This document shows, one piece after another, positions 1 to 15,059 of a stretch of 64,000 bases of DNA; the first letter of the stretch is position 1, and every line of letters begins with the position of its first letter. The notes under the pieces are model-generated. The model was not told where the DNA came from, made no database searches, and worked only from the letters and a program-made list of their open reading frames with translations. Source of the DNA: Octopus sinensis (taxonomy: Eukaryota); the NCBI RefSeq assembly GCF_006345805.1, contig NC_043005.1:48360001-48424000 (forward strand), given 5' to 3'. A program made the position numbers and the translations under genes.

Positions 1-629
1 TTATATCGTGAAATATGAATATATATATAACGTGAAATGTGAAGTCGATCGTCTGATACATCTAATCTATCTCTCTCATTCGCACCAGCACTATGCTTTG
101 GGAAAGATTCTACAACCAGTTTGATTTGCATCCAAAGCAGTGTTATTTTATTTCTTGTAGTGCGCTGTTGTTTTTATTATTTTAGTTTAGCAGATAATGG
201 GATTCGATCACGCAGATAACTCACTATCAAATGGAATATTTTAAAAGAATTAATGTCGGAATACGTAACAGATAAATCTCTAGAAATTGATGAAGCGTAA
301 CTGTACAGTATGGCCGTTCTATAATTTGAAGATAAATTAGTTTATTTTGGCATCATCAATATAGAAAATTCTATAGAAATTCCCGAACCAACAAGTAAGA
401 GTCTACGTGGTCTCTCTAACTGCTAAAAATAGCTGCCAGCTTTTCTTTAAACTGTACTCAACTAGCTTAAAAGAAGATATATTGAATAATGTAGCTTTCT
501 CGTGGTAGTTGGGTGCTGTGAGATTTGGAAAATGTTGTGGAATTAAGAAGATTGTAAAAATTTTTTAATTTGTCGAACATTATAACGAAGAGAGCTGCAT
601 ATGTTTGTCATTAATACATTTTAAATCTT

Positions 630-844
630 TTATCGTTTACTTGTTTCTACGACCATGCTGGGGCACCGCCTTGAAGAATTTTAGTCGAACGAATCGACCC
701 AGGTACTTATTAATTTATTTTTAAACCCGATCCTTATTCTATCGGTGTCTTTTGCTGAATCGGTAGGTTACGGGGGATGTAAGCACACCAACGGCGGTTG
801 TCACGCCGTGGTGGGCAAGACACACACACGCACACACAGACACA

Positions 845-895
<51 letters not shown>

Positions 896-1462
896 TATAT
901 AACTATAAACAAACTAAAGTTTGTTTTTCTATGAGCGTCGAAATGCGTATTGTAAGATACAAATAAGATGATGATATATTGTCGAACGCAGAGACGCCGT
1001 TAGAACAGCAGAAATATTAGGTAATTTACCCTTACAAAGCGGAAAAATTGGGTCCATTGCTGGTTGGTTGTTGACAAATTTTTCCGTTTTGTAAGGGATA
1101 TTTACCCAATATTTCTTCTGATCTAACGTTTTCTCTGCATTCAAATATAAATTATCATTTTATTTGTATCTGATATATGTATATATATATAATATATATA
1201 TATATAATATATATATTATATATATATTCGTCTTCTAAGTGTTTTGCATTCTTGTCCCAGTTTGTATTTTTCTACATATAATAATAATAATATATACATA
1301 TATATATATGACAGACTTCTTTCAGTTTCTGTCGCCCAACTTCACTCACATGGCTTTGGTCAGCTCGGAACTATAATAGAAGACACTTGCTTAAGGTACC
1401 ACGCAGCGTGATTGAGCCTAGAACCATGTAGTTGGGAAGCAAACTTCTTATCCTGCAGCCAC
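630..1462 (-). mobile_element. SINE family B (tRNA-derived, internal microsatellite); 3' half 630-840, 5' half 1312-1462, middle expanded and interrupted by a palindrome
   Basis: Reverse-complement match to the full copy at 59140-59575 (gaccatgctggggcaccgccttgaag ... cttctttcagtttctgtc ... gaagacacttgcttaaggtaccacgcag). Confidence 0.85.
955..1171. mobile_element. MITE-like fold-back palindrome (about 95-bp arms, 26-bp spacer)
   Basis: 955-1050 (agatacaaataagatg...cccttacaaagcggaaaaatt) is the imperfect reverse complement of 1077-1171 (aatttttccgttttgtaaggg...ttatttgtatct). Confidence 0.75.
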
Positions 1463-1687
1463 ATCTAGACGGAAAATAATATTCTCCCAACATTTTGGTG
1501 AAGACCGCTTGAGAACTAATTGTGAAGGGAGAAGAATTTTTGGAGAGAAAACAATTAAAAGAAGCTATTAAAAAAAAAAACTGATCTCATGAAAGGCAAA
1601 CGACGACAATCTATTTGTTCGAACTTACTTTTGCTATACACGTTTCAGTGTGTTCGTGGGTATATGTAAATTTGGTTTCATAGTTAC

Positions 1688-1738
<51 letters not shown>

Positions 1739-2034
1739 CAGTAGTAGTAGTTGCAGTAGCAGTAGCATTCTTTAGTTTCCTCGGTCCTGATCAGGCAGAT
1801 ATGAGCAACAGCAAGCGCTCCTGCCAATGTAACTCTGTCCATTTATACTCTCGGGGGGCTATACTTATGCATTCAAGCTAGTGTAATGTACTTTGAGGGA
1901 GATTTGGCTGTTACTGCTGCAATCGTAAAATCCCCACATGCACAATATCTGTGTTTTATGCTGGAAGACATGCTCTATACCTTCTATAAGTTTAAACTCT
2001 CTATGAATCCAGGATACAATGATGATGATAATAA

Positions 2035-2481
2035 TCCTATCAACAATAGGTACACGGCCTGGAATTTTGGGCAGAGGGAATTAGTCGGTTACATCGACCT
2101 TAGTATTTGACTGGTACATATTTCATCACTCCCGAAAGGATGAAAGGCAAAGTCGACCTCGGCGAAATTTGAGCCCAAAACGTAAAGACGGATAAAATGC
2201 TGCTAAGCGTTTTGTCCGTTGTCGTAAAGATTCAGCCAGCTCGTTGCTTTAACGATAAGGAAAATTATGGTTTCAAATTTTGGCACAGGGCCAGAAATTT
2301 TGAGGTGGGTAGATGAGTGAATTAGATCGATCTCAGTGTTCAACAGGTGCTTATTTCATCGATCTCGAAAGGATGAAAAGCAAAGTCGACCTCGTCGGAA
2401 TTTGAACTAAAACGTAAAGATGGAAGAAATACTGCTAAAGAGTTCGTCCGATGCCGTAACGATTCTGTTTAGATCGCCTCC
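2035..2481 (-). mobile_element. Two tandem SINE family A copies (tRNA-like head + Meta/MESC-type central domain)
   Basis: Both contain cgaaaggatgaaa(g/a)gcaaagtcgacctc...aatttga; they have different 3' tails; the second is flanked by a TSD-like pair ttaacgataaggaaaattatg / ttaaagataaaggaaataatg. Confidence 0.9.
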
Positions 2482-2711
2482 TTAAAGATAAAGGAAATAA
2501 TGAAATTCCGAAATTTACAAAACAAAACAGAGGAAGGTTTTAGAAATCTACCTTAAAATATTCCATACATTATATTTTAGTGAAGACTTTTTCGCTGCTT
2601 ACATAGAAATTAAAATGCATTCACACACACACATCCACATACAACTACATGCATACATGATTTTAAATAAATGCATACAATATATAAATATGTGTTTGCC
2701 CACACAGAGAT

Positions 2712-3095
2712 ATCGTGGCACTCCGTCGGTTACGATGACGAGGGTTCCAGTTGATCTGATCAGCGAAACAGACTGCTCGTGAAATTAACGTGCAATTGGC
2801 TGAGCACTCCACATACTCGAGTACCTTTAACATAGTTCTCGGGGAGATTCAGCGTGACACAGAGTGTGACAAGGCTGTCCCTTTGAAATACATGTATAAC
2901 AGAAACAAGATGAAAGAGGGAGAAAAAGTTGTGGTGAAATAGTACAGCAGGGTTCGCCACCACCCCACTTCGGAGCCTCGTGGAGCTTTACGTGTTTCCG
3001 CTCAATAAAAACTCGCAACACCCGCTCTGGGAATCGAAACCGCGATCCTACAACCGCAAGTCCGCTGCTCTAACCACTGGGCTATTGCGCCTCCA
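2712..3095 (-). mobile_element. SINE family C (tRNA-derived head)
   Basis: Minus strand begins ggaggcgcaatagcccagtggttagagcagcggac...ggtttcgattcc (pol III A and B boxes), followed by a unique body. Confidence 0.8.
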
Positions 3096-3179
3096 CACAG
3101 GTATCCTAACACAGAGATAAAGAGTTTCTACACACTCTCATATGCACATATACACACTCTCCTTAGTAAATACACACAT

Positions 3180-3505
3180 CACATGGCTTAGTGTTTGGGA
3201 CGTCGGGCTCACAAACATGACGTATTGAGTTTGATTCCTAGACCTGGCTGTGTGATGTGTTCTTGAGCAAGACACTTTATTTCACGCTGCTCCAGTTCAC
3301 TCAGCTGTAGAAATATGTTGTGAAATCATTGGTGCCAAGTTGTATCAGCCTTTGCCTTTCCCTTGTATGACATCGGTGGCATGGAGAGGGGAGACTGGTA
3401 TGCATGAGCAACTGCTAGTCTTCCATAAACAACTTTGCTCAGACTTGTGCCTCGGATGGGAACTTTCTAGGTGCAATCCCATGGTCATTCGTGACCAAAG
3501 TTGGC
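3180..3505 (+). mobile_element. SINE family D (CORE-like domain)
   Basis: tggcttagtg (A box), gtttgattcc (B box), then gttcttgagcaagacactttatttcacgctgctccagttcactcagctg, shared with copies near 26400, 61865 and 62240. Confidence 0.8.
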
Positions 3506-3605
3506 CTTTACTTTTACTATACCCTAAGTGTGTGTGTGTAGTGTTTGTGTGTGTGTTTCTGGGTGTATGTATGTAGGTGCAGGTGTGTGCGTGCGGGCGT
3601 GTGCT

Positions 3606-3670
<65 letters not shown>

Positions 3671-3979
3671 ATGTGTATATAAAAGAACGCAAATGGGGTC
3701 CAAAATGCCATGTATTCTTATTTGTACCCTCGCCGCGCACCTAGAACCAGCGTTGAGTCTGATCTACGGTGTAAATAATGTTTGGTACTTCCATATCTAC
3801 AGTATTCTACCAATACATGATGCCTTCATGGTTGTTTACCTCATTGTAAACTCTATGTTATTGTACCTAGCCATTGCTGGCATCTTACGTGTTCTAGTGC
3901 CTAGATTCTAATGAATCCTATGACTAATCACTCTCTATCTCTCTCATACACTCTGTGTGTGTATGTGTGTATGTGTGTC

Positions 3980-4020
<41 letters not shown>

Positions 4021-4050
4021 CTGTGTGTGTGAGTGTATGTGTGTGTGTGT

Positions 4051-4730
4051 GTTAAATAAAATGAGACAACAAAGCCAAGGCGGTGTGGAATTTTCAGAAC
4101 ATTTATAAAGAGAAAGTTAGTCTTATAGCTGTTTCTGGGATATTGGGGATATCCCTTCATCGGAGACGATGTGAGATGGCTAAACAGAGAGAAATATTAG
4201 AGTTCAATATAAATTATATAAAGATGTTATAGTGACAGTTCAATTATCCAAGGCAAGTGGTGTGTAGAAGTGGTAGAAATACTCTTTGTCCGTGGTATGT
4301 AAATTCCAATAGGAGTTCATATTTTGTATTTACAAATAGAAAGTATGGAGACGTAGATCCCATACTTTCCATTTGTAATGACAAAATTTGAACGCCTATA
4401 GGATTTTACATACCACGGACAAGGAGTATTTCTACCACTTCTACACACCACTTTCCTTGGATAATGGAACTGTCACTATAACATCTTTATATATTTTTAT
4501 TTTTATTTCTATTTCTACTTTCATTCTCCTGTTTCCCTCTGCAGTCCCTATTTCCTCCTTTTCCAAAATGACTCCTTATATTGAATTCTAATATTTCCCT
4601 CTATTTAAGCATCTCACATCGTCTCTGATCCCTAATATCCCCAAAACAGCTATAAGACTAACTTTCTCTTTATAAATGTCCTGAAGACTTCCACACAACC
4701 ATTTGGCTTTGTTGTTTCATTTTATTTAAC
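4051..4730. mobile_element. 680-bp fold-back of a Penelope-like terminal (pLTR) segment; each arm has a decayed hammerhead
   Basis: 4051-4348 is the reverse complement of 4360-4730 (11-nt loop; about 80-bp extra in the right arm). Minus-strand gtct-CCGATGA-agggatat..atccca-GAAA-cagctata-agac at 4120-4167. Related single copy at 56615-56925. Confidence 0.75.
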
Positions 4731-5028
4731 ATATACATGCTCATACAAGACCCGTTGTAGACTCCTCACTCGTATTATTATTGGACCGAGAGTATAACTA
4801 CGGTCCTTTCATAGCACTTACAAAGCAATACCTACCACCCTGGGTCTCCTGGATACCAACATTGCTCATATATATACATATATATATATATATTGTATGT
4901 GTGTAGGTATATATATGTATACATACCGAGAGAGGGAGAGAGAGAGTAGTTATATATATATATATTATATATATTATATATATATATATATCTTTATACA
5001 TGCACACACAGATAATTACACGTTTGTA

Positions 5029-5068
<40 letters not shown>

Positions 5069-5671
5069 TACATATATATATTTAGATAGAAATTCTAGAG
5101 GGAGACAGACAGACTGGTAGTAGACAGAAGTAATTTTATAGACAAATACAAACATGAATTATTTCTATACGAAAGACTAGAATGTCTTTTGCATGGAGCA
5201 ACTAAAAATGACATCGATTCATAATGAACCATCTATCCACACATATATATTTCTATTGATATTACATGTACCGTGCCTCCACCTGAATTTATTTAATCAT
5301 GACTTGAATAAGTTATAACATTATAGTGTCTAATGAAAAAGATCAATTTCAGAAGACTCATCTCTCTAACCGTTTCCTTCCGCTACGAGAGATGGTCAGT
5401 ATTTTGCAAAAGATGCGATGACAATCAACTTGGCCATTGACTTAAATCTCTGCAATTGTTTGGGAAGCAAATAAGAATTTTAAATTTCCTGTACTTGAAA
5501 AATGACGTTATAGCGAAATATACATGCATTCTTGTGGATAGCCTATTAGAAAAGCTACTTCCTTAATCACTGATGATGCATTTAATCCCTGATATATATA
5601 TACATATACATATATATATATATATATATACATATACATAATATATATATATAATATATATATATTATATA

Positions 5672-5704
<33 letters not shown>

Positions 5705-6043
5705 ATATATATGTATGTATGTATATATATGTATGTATGTATGTATGTAGTATGTACGTATGTAATTATTGTGTGTGCATGCATGTGGGTGTGTTTGTGT
5801 GTGCATACATGTATATGTATGTATATGCATAGATTATCATTATTATTATTATTATTATCATTATTATTATATTATTATTATTATTATTATTATTATTCAT
5901 ATTTTATAGTAGCCCTATTATATAGTGTACATTATATATTCATATAAGCATACATACGTACATACATATACATACATTTACATATATATATATATACATG
6001 TATACATATATGTATATATATATATACATGTATACATATATGT

Positions 6044-6137
<94 letters not shown>

Positions 6138-8559
6138 ATGAAATAATGTACATGTGTATATGAATGTGTGCCTGTATCATAATGTTCTATTTAGGATGCT
6201 GAACAGCGGTTGGGTTAATGTTGGCTAGAGTTGTAGTGAAGAGGATGGTGCGCGGAGGAGAAATTCTGGTTGGTGGCGATTGTGATGTTAGCAGTATTAA
6301 TAATGAAGGACGGCAGTTGTTGTTTGATGTGGTAGTGTTGCCGTCGTTGTTGTTGCTGTTATTGTTGCTGTTTCTCGTAGTGGTTATAGTAGTGATTGTG
6401 GTACGATGCTGGTGGCAGTGAAGAAAAATGCTTAGCCAATTTAGGAGATAATTAAATCTAAAGTAGTTGTTGCTTGTAAATAGTGAGACTTGGATGCATC
6501 AGTAGATAAACATTGATAAGAAGAACAAGTATAGTTAACTGCCTGTTGACCAACTTAAAAGGACAAAGTATATGATTAAATACAATTAAATACAGTTCTC
6601 TGAGTATTGAACCTTGACCGAAGCCAAACAATGAACAATGAAGTGAAAGTCATGGAGAGAAGAGGCGCGGCAAATGTCTCCAGTATTAAAATATATTATA
6701 AAAAGCCACACTATGGAAAACACTTGCCGACATGTTTGTTTAATAGTACAATACATAGTTCCTTCCGTTCACAGTCTGTTGAAATCCCACAAGATAATCA
6801 CCATCAAGCTTAGACAATGCCATGAGGTCCCCAATTTCCCGAAAGAGGAAGTGGCCATTGTACAGTGGACAGCTGGTCAAATGAAAGAGCATGCACAGCT
6901 GTAATGGGGTTGATGTCATAGACTAGCAGAACGGAAGCAGAAGACTGCGAAGAGGATGAAAGTGTGTTTTATAAGAGAACCTATCTATACACTGGATCAT
7001 CTATATCAGTAAATTCGGCATTCTTTTAGATTCGTGTTTTCACTGTCTGTCTGTTTTGTTGGAGTTTTAGCTTTTACCAACACTGTGCTTTGTTATAGAT
7101 AATATTTTATACCTCAATTAGTTTGCTGATAATAGTGTAGTCGTAGTAAAGATCAGTATATTTTGTAATATACAGAATTTACCTATAACACAATCTCGTT
7201 TTCAAATCCAGAGAAGAACTTATATATTCTTCGGTTTGGAGTCAATATTGCCTCTTAATTTCATGAACTCCGAGTTTTAGCTATTAAACCACTTTATCTC
7301 ATCCCCGATCAAATGCGTTCCAGTAGTGACTATCTTCTCAATTTGTATATCTCGAACTACAATGGTTACATTGTTCAAAGTATTCCGCCCCACCTTGTCT
7401 TTTAGACGGTAGATTTATATGAGGGAATTCTGCTACTATTTCTGGCTGTTCGAAAAAGAGTAGAAAGAGTATTACATTAGCAAGCAAAAATTTCAATAGT
7501 TCACATCCTAGAGCATCTGTTGCGCTGTTTCTAATGCCATGTCTCTTACATTCATTAGAATCAAATTTAATACTAGAGATACGTGTGTAGCTCACCAACA
7601 TTAATTATCATTAATTATCTAGCTTTTCGTCGATTTTGGTGTTGAGTTCAACTCTTTTGATGGACCACTGTAGAAATAATACCACAGTAGGTTTGCTCTG
7701 CAAATTTTATTACAATGAAAGCTAAAATAAACTTGATATAAATTAAAAATATCCCCGGGATTCTTGAAACTAGAATTATAAATACAACACGGGCCTAAAC
7801 ATTTTGGACGATATCAATACAAACGTGTCTCAGAAATTCAGGAATAAAACTATACGAAAATATTTAGAGATTTACAGGCATTTTTATAGTTTCGTTGCAA
7901 TGAAGGCTTTGGCAATTTTACAATGAGTTGACCTCCATATTGTGAAAAGATCAAGATACAAGCTCTATATGAATTACAATATCATTCGTTTGGTTTGACT
8001 TTATTAAGCTCACATTCTGAAATATTTAAAACAAAGAACTATCCAAGCTAGTATTGCCAGAATGTAATAAACACAAAATATTTTCTTTGTTGAAAAAGGT
8101 CCAGTAATCCTGAAAATGAAGATATATTCACTGAAGTGGAATGGAATTCTAATTACATGAAGAAATGCACTAATATTTGCAATGAAAAACTACATAAACC
8201 ATCAATAAATGTAGGTAGATCTTTTATCTGTAAAGAACTTTCAAATAACCTCTCGCTGTTTCGGTGTTATGTGAATGGTAAAATCAATAGCAGGAAGGAG
8301 GTTGGGGGCGGAAGGATATTCTATCCTTCATCTTGGTAGAAGTTAAACAATACTCTTAATGCGTACAAGGTTATATCTAGTCGTATATTTGTTATTTATT
8401 GATATTCTTTTGTTTATTGCAAAGAAACCCATAACACAATATTTCTTATTTTGATTTGTCATGTTTTATTCCTAGAATTTAAGTAGCACCACATTCATTC
8501 TGCTACAATCACTTATTTTTATTCAAAATCGCATAATAACGTAGATCTATCTATCTGTC

Positions 8560-8873
<314 letters not shown>

Positions 8874-10914
8874 GTTTGCATAATTCACTCGGAAACACGA
8901 TTTCTACTTAGAGGAATTGAAAGTTTCAACTCCGGTTATTAGAATGTTCTTTTTATGCGTAACAAAGACATCTATAATTAGAGAAAAGAGACAGCGCACA
9001 TGCATACACGTCTATATATACATACATACATACATACATGAATAAATATATCCACGAGCATTCACACAATCCATTCACCATTCACATGCACAAACAGTCT
9101 TCCTCTCTCCCTCTCTCTTTCTCTCTCTCTCTCCACAGTCACACACGCACGCATACATGCACGCATTCACACACACATACACTCACACACACATACATAT
9201 ATATATATATATGAATAATGCATAGTACACACGCACTTATGTATAACGCATACACAAACACGCGCTCACACACAAACACACACACACACACACACACACA
9301 CGCGCGGAGAGAATAGTAGTGACAAAATAATAAACAATGATAAACACCATGTATAAAATCTATAAGCTCTCTTTGACGACAAAAACCATAAATGTCCTGT
9401 CCTTTTTCTGTAATTTGAGAATTGTTCCAAACAAGAGCCTGACTGAGTGAAAGGCCAAATAAAGAGTTCATGCAGAATAACAATAGAGATTTAGCTAAAT
9501 AATAGCTTCATTCACTCTCTTTAAAGTTGTTACATAGCAGCTTTGATTAGGGGCAGAGCATGTAAAATAATATGACCCTTCTCTCCTTAGCAAGAAAATC
9601 TATGACCAATGATACACGTTACATCATATCACAAAATCAAAATCGTCTATATTACACAGATGCATATAGAGAATTGCTGCAATGACACTCTATTCTATTA
9701 AGCATAAATGCATCTTTCTCCTTTCATCGCACGCTCACACAAACACACGAACACACACTCACGCACAGACGCATGCATACTTATGCAAATGCAGACACAC
9801 GTGCCTACATATATAGACAGACAGACAAACGCCTGCATACAAATATACCATCCAGCACAAAAACATATGCATACCCATGTAAATACAGTGAACGTGTAGC
9901 TGAAACAGATACATGGAAACGTTTGCACAGAGAACATCAAAAGCGGTCTCTGCTATTAAGGAAGTTAAATATATGTTGCAATCGAATGTTCTTATTGCAC
10001 AATTAGAAAGTTCCTTCCCTTTTAACCATAAATACAGTTTATAACCACAAATAATTATAACTCTCACTTGAAATCGCCAGCGAGAACTTGAAACACCAGT
10101 TAATATATCTCCTTACACTATAGCTTAAAAGAAATGGTTAATTGGTACAGCAGAATTTGGCCTGCAAAATCTCTGCAAACAGTACATGTTTCTTAATCCT
10201 TTCTTTATTGATCCTACTACTAAAGACTTCTGAATTCCGCGAAACGTTTTTATTCCTTAATAACAAATGAAAGAACCAGAAATTGTCTGAGCTAAGGGAA
10301 TTACACGGTTTTGTCCTTGATTGCCTGAGTGGGATTTTTATGGTAGTCCATTTTTTCCTATGGCACAACTAGATTCTTTATAGAGGAAGTAAAACAGAAT
10401 CTACAGCTTTTCTATCAGTGTTTTACATAGATATAAAAAAAATATATTACGACCATTAATTCCTATAAAGAATTACTTTATTTCCAGAAGCTTCATTCCT
10501 TATGTATTCTGTAGTTGTTACAGCTGTCTATTAATGTACTGTCACCCTTAAAAATCCCAATACACTCAGGTTCTAAAGATCTGTAAATGTTTATATCTAC
10601 ATAAAGTTTTATGGAAGACACTCATAAAATGCAATATATTCTTTTATCTACGCTTACGAAAATGCTGAAAAGGGATTAAAAAAAGGTATAGCAAAACGGT
10701 TCTAGTTGTAACCCTTCCAATTACTACCAGCCTATGACCACCATTAATGAAGTGTCCATGTCTAAATAATTCCTGACCTAAATTTGCCTATTACAAGAAA
10801 ATCATAACGATAAACTGATAAAGGCTGCATAGCGTTGCTTGAAATGCTAGAAATAGCAGCCAAATTTCTTTCAAATACACACATGGCTGCATGTGTACGT
10901 ATGCGTGTGTATAC

Positions 10915-11022
10915 AATCACTAGGCTTAGTAGAAGGCTCTTGACCAAGGTACTACGCAACGGAATTGAACTCAAAACCATGTGGTCGGGATGCAAACTCT
11001 TTACCACACAGCTATACTTGCG
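10915..11022 (-). mobile_element. SINE family B 5' fragment
   Basis: agaaggctcttgaccaaggtactacgcaacggaattgaactcaaaaccatgtggt...accacacagcta. Confidence 0.75.
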
Positions 11023-11067
11023 CATATATATATATACACACACACACACACATATATATATATACGA

Positions 11068-11105
<38 letters not shown>

Positions 11106-11110
11106 ATATA

Positions 11111-11166
<56 letters not shown>

Positions 11167-11168
11167 CG

Positions 11169-11203
<35 letters not shown>

Positions 11204-11249
11204 GTATGTGTGTGTGTATATATATGTATATATAAGTACATATAATAAT

Positions 11250-11405
11250 GATAATCCTTTCTACTGGAAGTACAAAGCCTCAGATGAAGTCGAAAGGATG
11301 AAAGGTAAAATCGACCTCGGCAGAATTTGAACTCAGAAGGTAAAGACGGACGAAATACTGTCAAATTTCGCCCTCGATGCTAACGATTCTGCCAGCTCAC
11401 TGCCC

Positions 11406-11501
<96 letters not shown>

Positions 11502-11506
11502 TACTA

Positions 11507-11582
<76 letters not shown>

Positions 11583-11790
11583 CCATCTACTATAAACATG
11601 GGGCCTGAAATGTTGAGGGAAGGCGTTAATCGATTATGTTGACCCCAGTACTCGACTGGTAATTATTTTATCGACCCCGAAAGGATGAAAAGCAAGGTCG
11701 ACGTTAGTAGAATTTGAACTCAGGACGTAAAGACGGACACAATTCCGCAAAGCATTTTTTCTGGTATGCAAAAAATTTTGCTTAAACCGT
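11250..11790 (-). mobile_element. Two SINE family A copies separated by (AAT)n
   Basis: gaaaggatgaaa...cgacctcggcagaatttgaactcag at 11290-11405, second copy at 11580-11790; (AAT)n at 11406-11580. Confidence 0.85.
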
Positions 11791-12072
<282 letters not shown>

Positions 12073-12170
12073 TAATACTAGTAATAATAATAATGATAAA
12101 ATAACATCAGCGACAATAACAACAACAATAATAATAAGAAGAAGAAAACAACAACGACGACGACGACGAC

Positions 12171-12215
<45 letters not shown>

Positions 12216-12926
12216 ACGACCAGTTGTTAGTTTAAACCTAAAGGTTGCTTCAGATATTCTTTAGAGTTATGATGTTTTTTTTTCCTTCTTGCCGGGGCCC
12301 AATCCCCAAAACAATGGATAATACGATACACCCAAAGTCTGGTTGCAAGAAGTGCAATGATATTGTCTCAGTTTACATATTACACCCATTAATCAGTCTT
12401 TAAATAGCCTTATATCAACAGCTTATGTTAAGGTTGCAGAGGGCACGTTTCTTTAAGTTAACAAACACGGCCATTACAATTCCAAATGGTTGCAGCTTTC
12501 AGATCTCCACATGAGACACACACATATATATACACACATATATGTTCTACACACATATACAGGCATTTATTCAATTTAGTAAATATTCTTAATGCGTGTA
12601 TGTGTGTGTGTGTGTAAAACACAAATATACGTATAAATATGTATATATGCGCGTATGATTATGTATGTATGTATGTAAATATGTAAATATGTATGTATGC
12701 GCGTGAGATTATGTATATCCGTTTGAATTTACAAACAGCAGGTTAAAAGTATTCAAAATATGCATGAAGCAGAGTTCCTATATTTTTACACACACACACA
12801 CACACACACATACATACAAATAAATAATATATTAATAACTATTTGTACTGAATTAAAAATAACTCAGACTGATACATGATTCAAATAACTCCAAATCTGT
12901 GTTAGGTATATATATTTCTGTTTTAT

Positions 12927-12933
12927 ATGTATG

Positions 12934-12965
<32 letters not shown>

Positions 12966-13697
12966 TGTATGTATGTATGCATGCATGCATGTATGTATGT
13001 ATGTATGCATGCATGTATGTATGTATGTATGCATGCATGCATGTATGTATGTATGTATGTATGCATGCATGCATGCATGTAAGTGTGTATGTATGTATGT
13101 ACGTATGTATGTAGGTATGTATGTATGTATGCATGCATGCATGCATGTATGTATGTATGCATGCATGTATGTATGTATGTATGTATGTATGTATGTATGT
13201 ATGTATGTATGTATGTATGTATGCATGCATGTATGTATGGATATATGTATGTACGTATGTACGTATGTACGTATGTATATATGTGTGTATGTATGTTTGC
13301 ATGCATGTATGTAAGCATGTACGTACGTATGTATGTACGTATGTACGTATGTATGTATGTATGTATGTATGTATGTATGTATGCATGCATGCATGCATGT
13401 ATGTATGTATGTATGTATGCATGTACGTATGTACGTATGTACGTATGTATGTATGTATGTATGTACGTATGTATGTATGTGTGTATGTACATATGTATGT
13501 ATGTATGTATGTATATATGTATGTATGTATGTATGTATGCATGTATGTATGTAATCTATGTATGTATGTATGTATGTAATGTATGTATGTATGTATGTAT
13601 GTATGTATGTATGTATGTATGTATGTATGTATGCATGTATATATGCATGTATGTATGCATGTATGTATGTATCTATGTATCTATGTATCTATGTATG
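12927..13697. repeat. Long (ATGT)n/(ATGC)n compound microsatellite
   Basis: Direct inspection; source of the MYVC/HTYI pseudo-ORFs. Confidence 0.95.
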
Positions 13698-14071
13698 TTT
13701 CCGCCGCGGAAACATAGAAGACAACGGCAAAGACCGTGCGAAGGCTCAATGTATTTCAGCTGCAATGCCTCCGGCGGATACTGCGAATATCATGCCAGGA
13801 CCACATCACCAACGACCTGAGACATCGCCGAACTGATACCCTAACACTCCATGACAGCATTGCCGCTTGCAGTTCGCAGGCTATTCTGTAGAAGCCACCG
13901 CATAGCAAGAGAAAGCAAGGGCGACCAAAAGCGACTTAGCGCCGTACCCTCATCGATGACCTCAAAGCCATTGAAATTTCATGAGATGAAGCTGAAATCG
14001 TCGCGGCCGACCACGTTGGAGAAGTCTTACCGCCCAACGCGCCACGCAGTGCAGGAGGACCTAAGACTAAG
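13698..14071 (+). mobile_element. RTE-clade LINE 3' fragment (decayed) embedded in (ATGT)n
   Basis: From 13703: AAET*KTTAKTVRRLNVFQLQCLRRILRISCQDHITN, matching the RTE C-terminal ETW...F..CLRRIL.I.W.D.ITN motif; GC-rich island; ends ctaagactaag. Confidence 0.85.
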
Positions 14072-14136
14072 ATGTATGTATGTATGTATGTATGTATGTA
14101 TGTATGTATGTATGTATGTATGTATGTATGGTATGG

Positions 14137-14219
<83 letters not shown>

Positions 14220-14472
14220 GATAAAATGAGAATGAGGAAAGCTTCTAGCAGTCCTTATATTTCGAGTGCAAAGACCTATCTGCAGACATATAAAATCAAA
14301 GAATTCAGAAATTAAGTGTAGGTAAATCAGCAAATTCCAAAAACAAAATTTTTAACATTTAAAAAAATATACATACATTTTACATCTTTGATTATCGTCC
14401 GTCTCGGATATTTCAAGCTTTCTCAGTTACAGCCATATATTTCGAAAGAAAGATTTGATAGCATATAAATAT

Positions 14473-14620
<148 letters not shown>

Positions 14621-14626
14621 GTATAA

Positions 14627-14686
14627 TTCCTTAATCCTTAAAAATGTTTAGCCCGAAGGCCGCGGCCATGCTGGGGCACCACCGCT
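14627..14686 (-). mobile_element. Retroposon 3' tail fragment (ggtgccccagcatggccgcggccttcgggctaaa + ttaagga repeats)
   Basis: Reverse complement of 58848-58912. Confidence 0.7.
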
Positions 14687-14813
14687 GAAAATATTTGGCT
14701 CGTCCGGGAATGTATATATATATATATACATTTACATATATATGTATATATATATACACATACATGCACATACATACATGCACACACATAGATGTATACA
14801 CATACACACACAC

Positions 14814-14849
<36 letters not shown>

Positions 14850-15059
14850 CATACGTGTGTGTGTGTGTGTGTATGTGTGTGTGTGCGTATGTGCTGTAAA
14901 GTAGTTCGTGGCCGGGATGTTAACTTTCACTTGAAGGTTATACATCACCAGTGAAGAAACATTCGCTTCTAGAGTGCAAACAGGAAAACTAAAAGAAACG
15001 CTGGGTTATTTAGCTGATAATTTATATTATTCGAATAAAAGAACAAAATTTGATTTCAC

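Noticed and set aside
3040-3095. tRNA-like sequence (also SINE heads at 3180, 26560, 60660, 61865)
   Set aside because: No complete cloverleaf; each continues into a SINE body.
4787-4810. Hairpin ggaccg..cggtcc as a possible hammerhead stem II
   Set aside because: Neither core box is recognisable on either strand.
6770-6960. Minus-strand VIILWDFN resembling the APE endonuclease GDFN motif
   Set aside because: Single short mutated motif without supporting neighbours.
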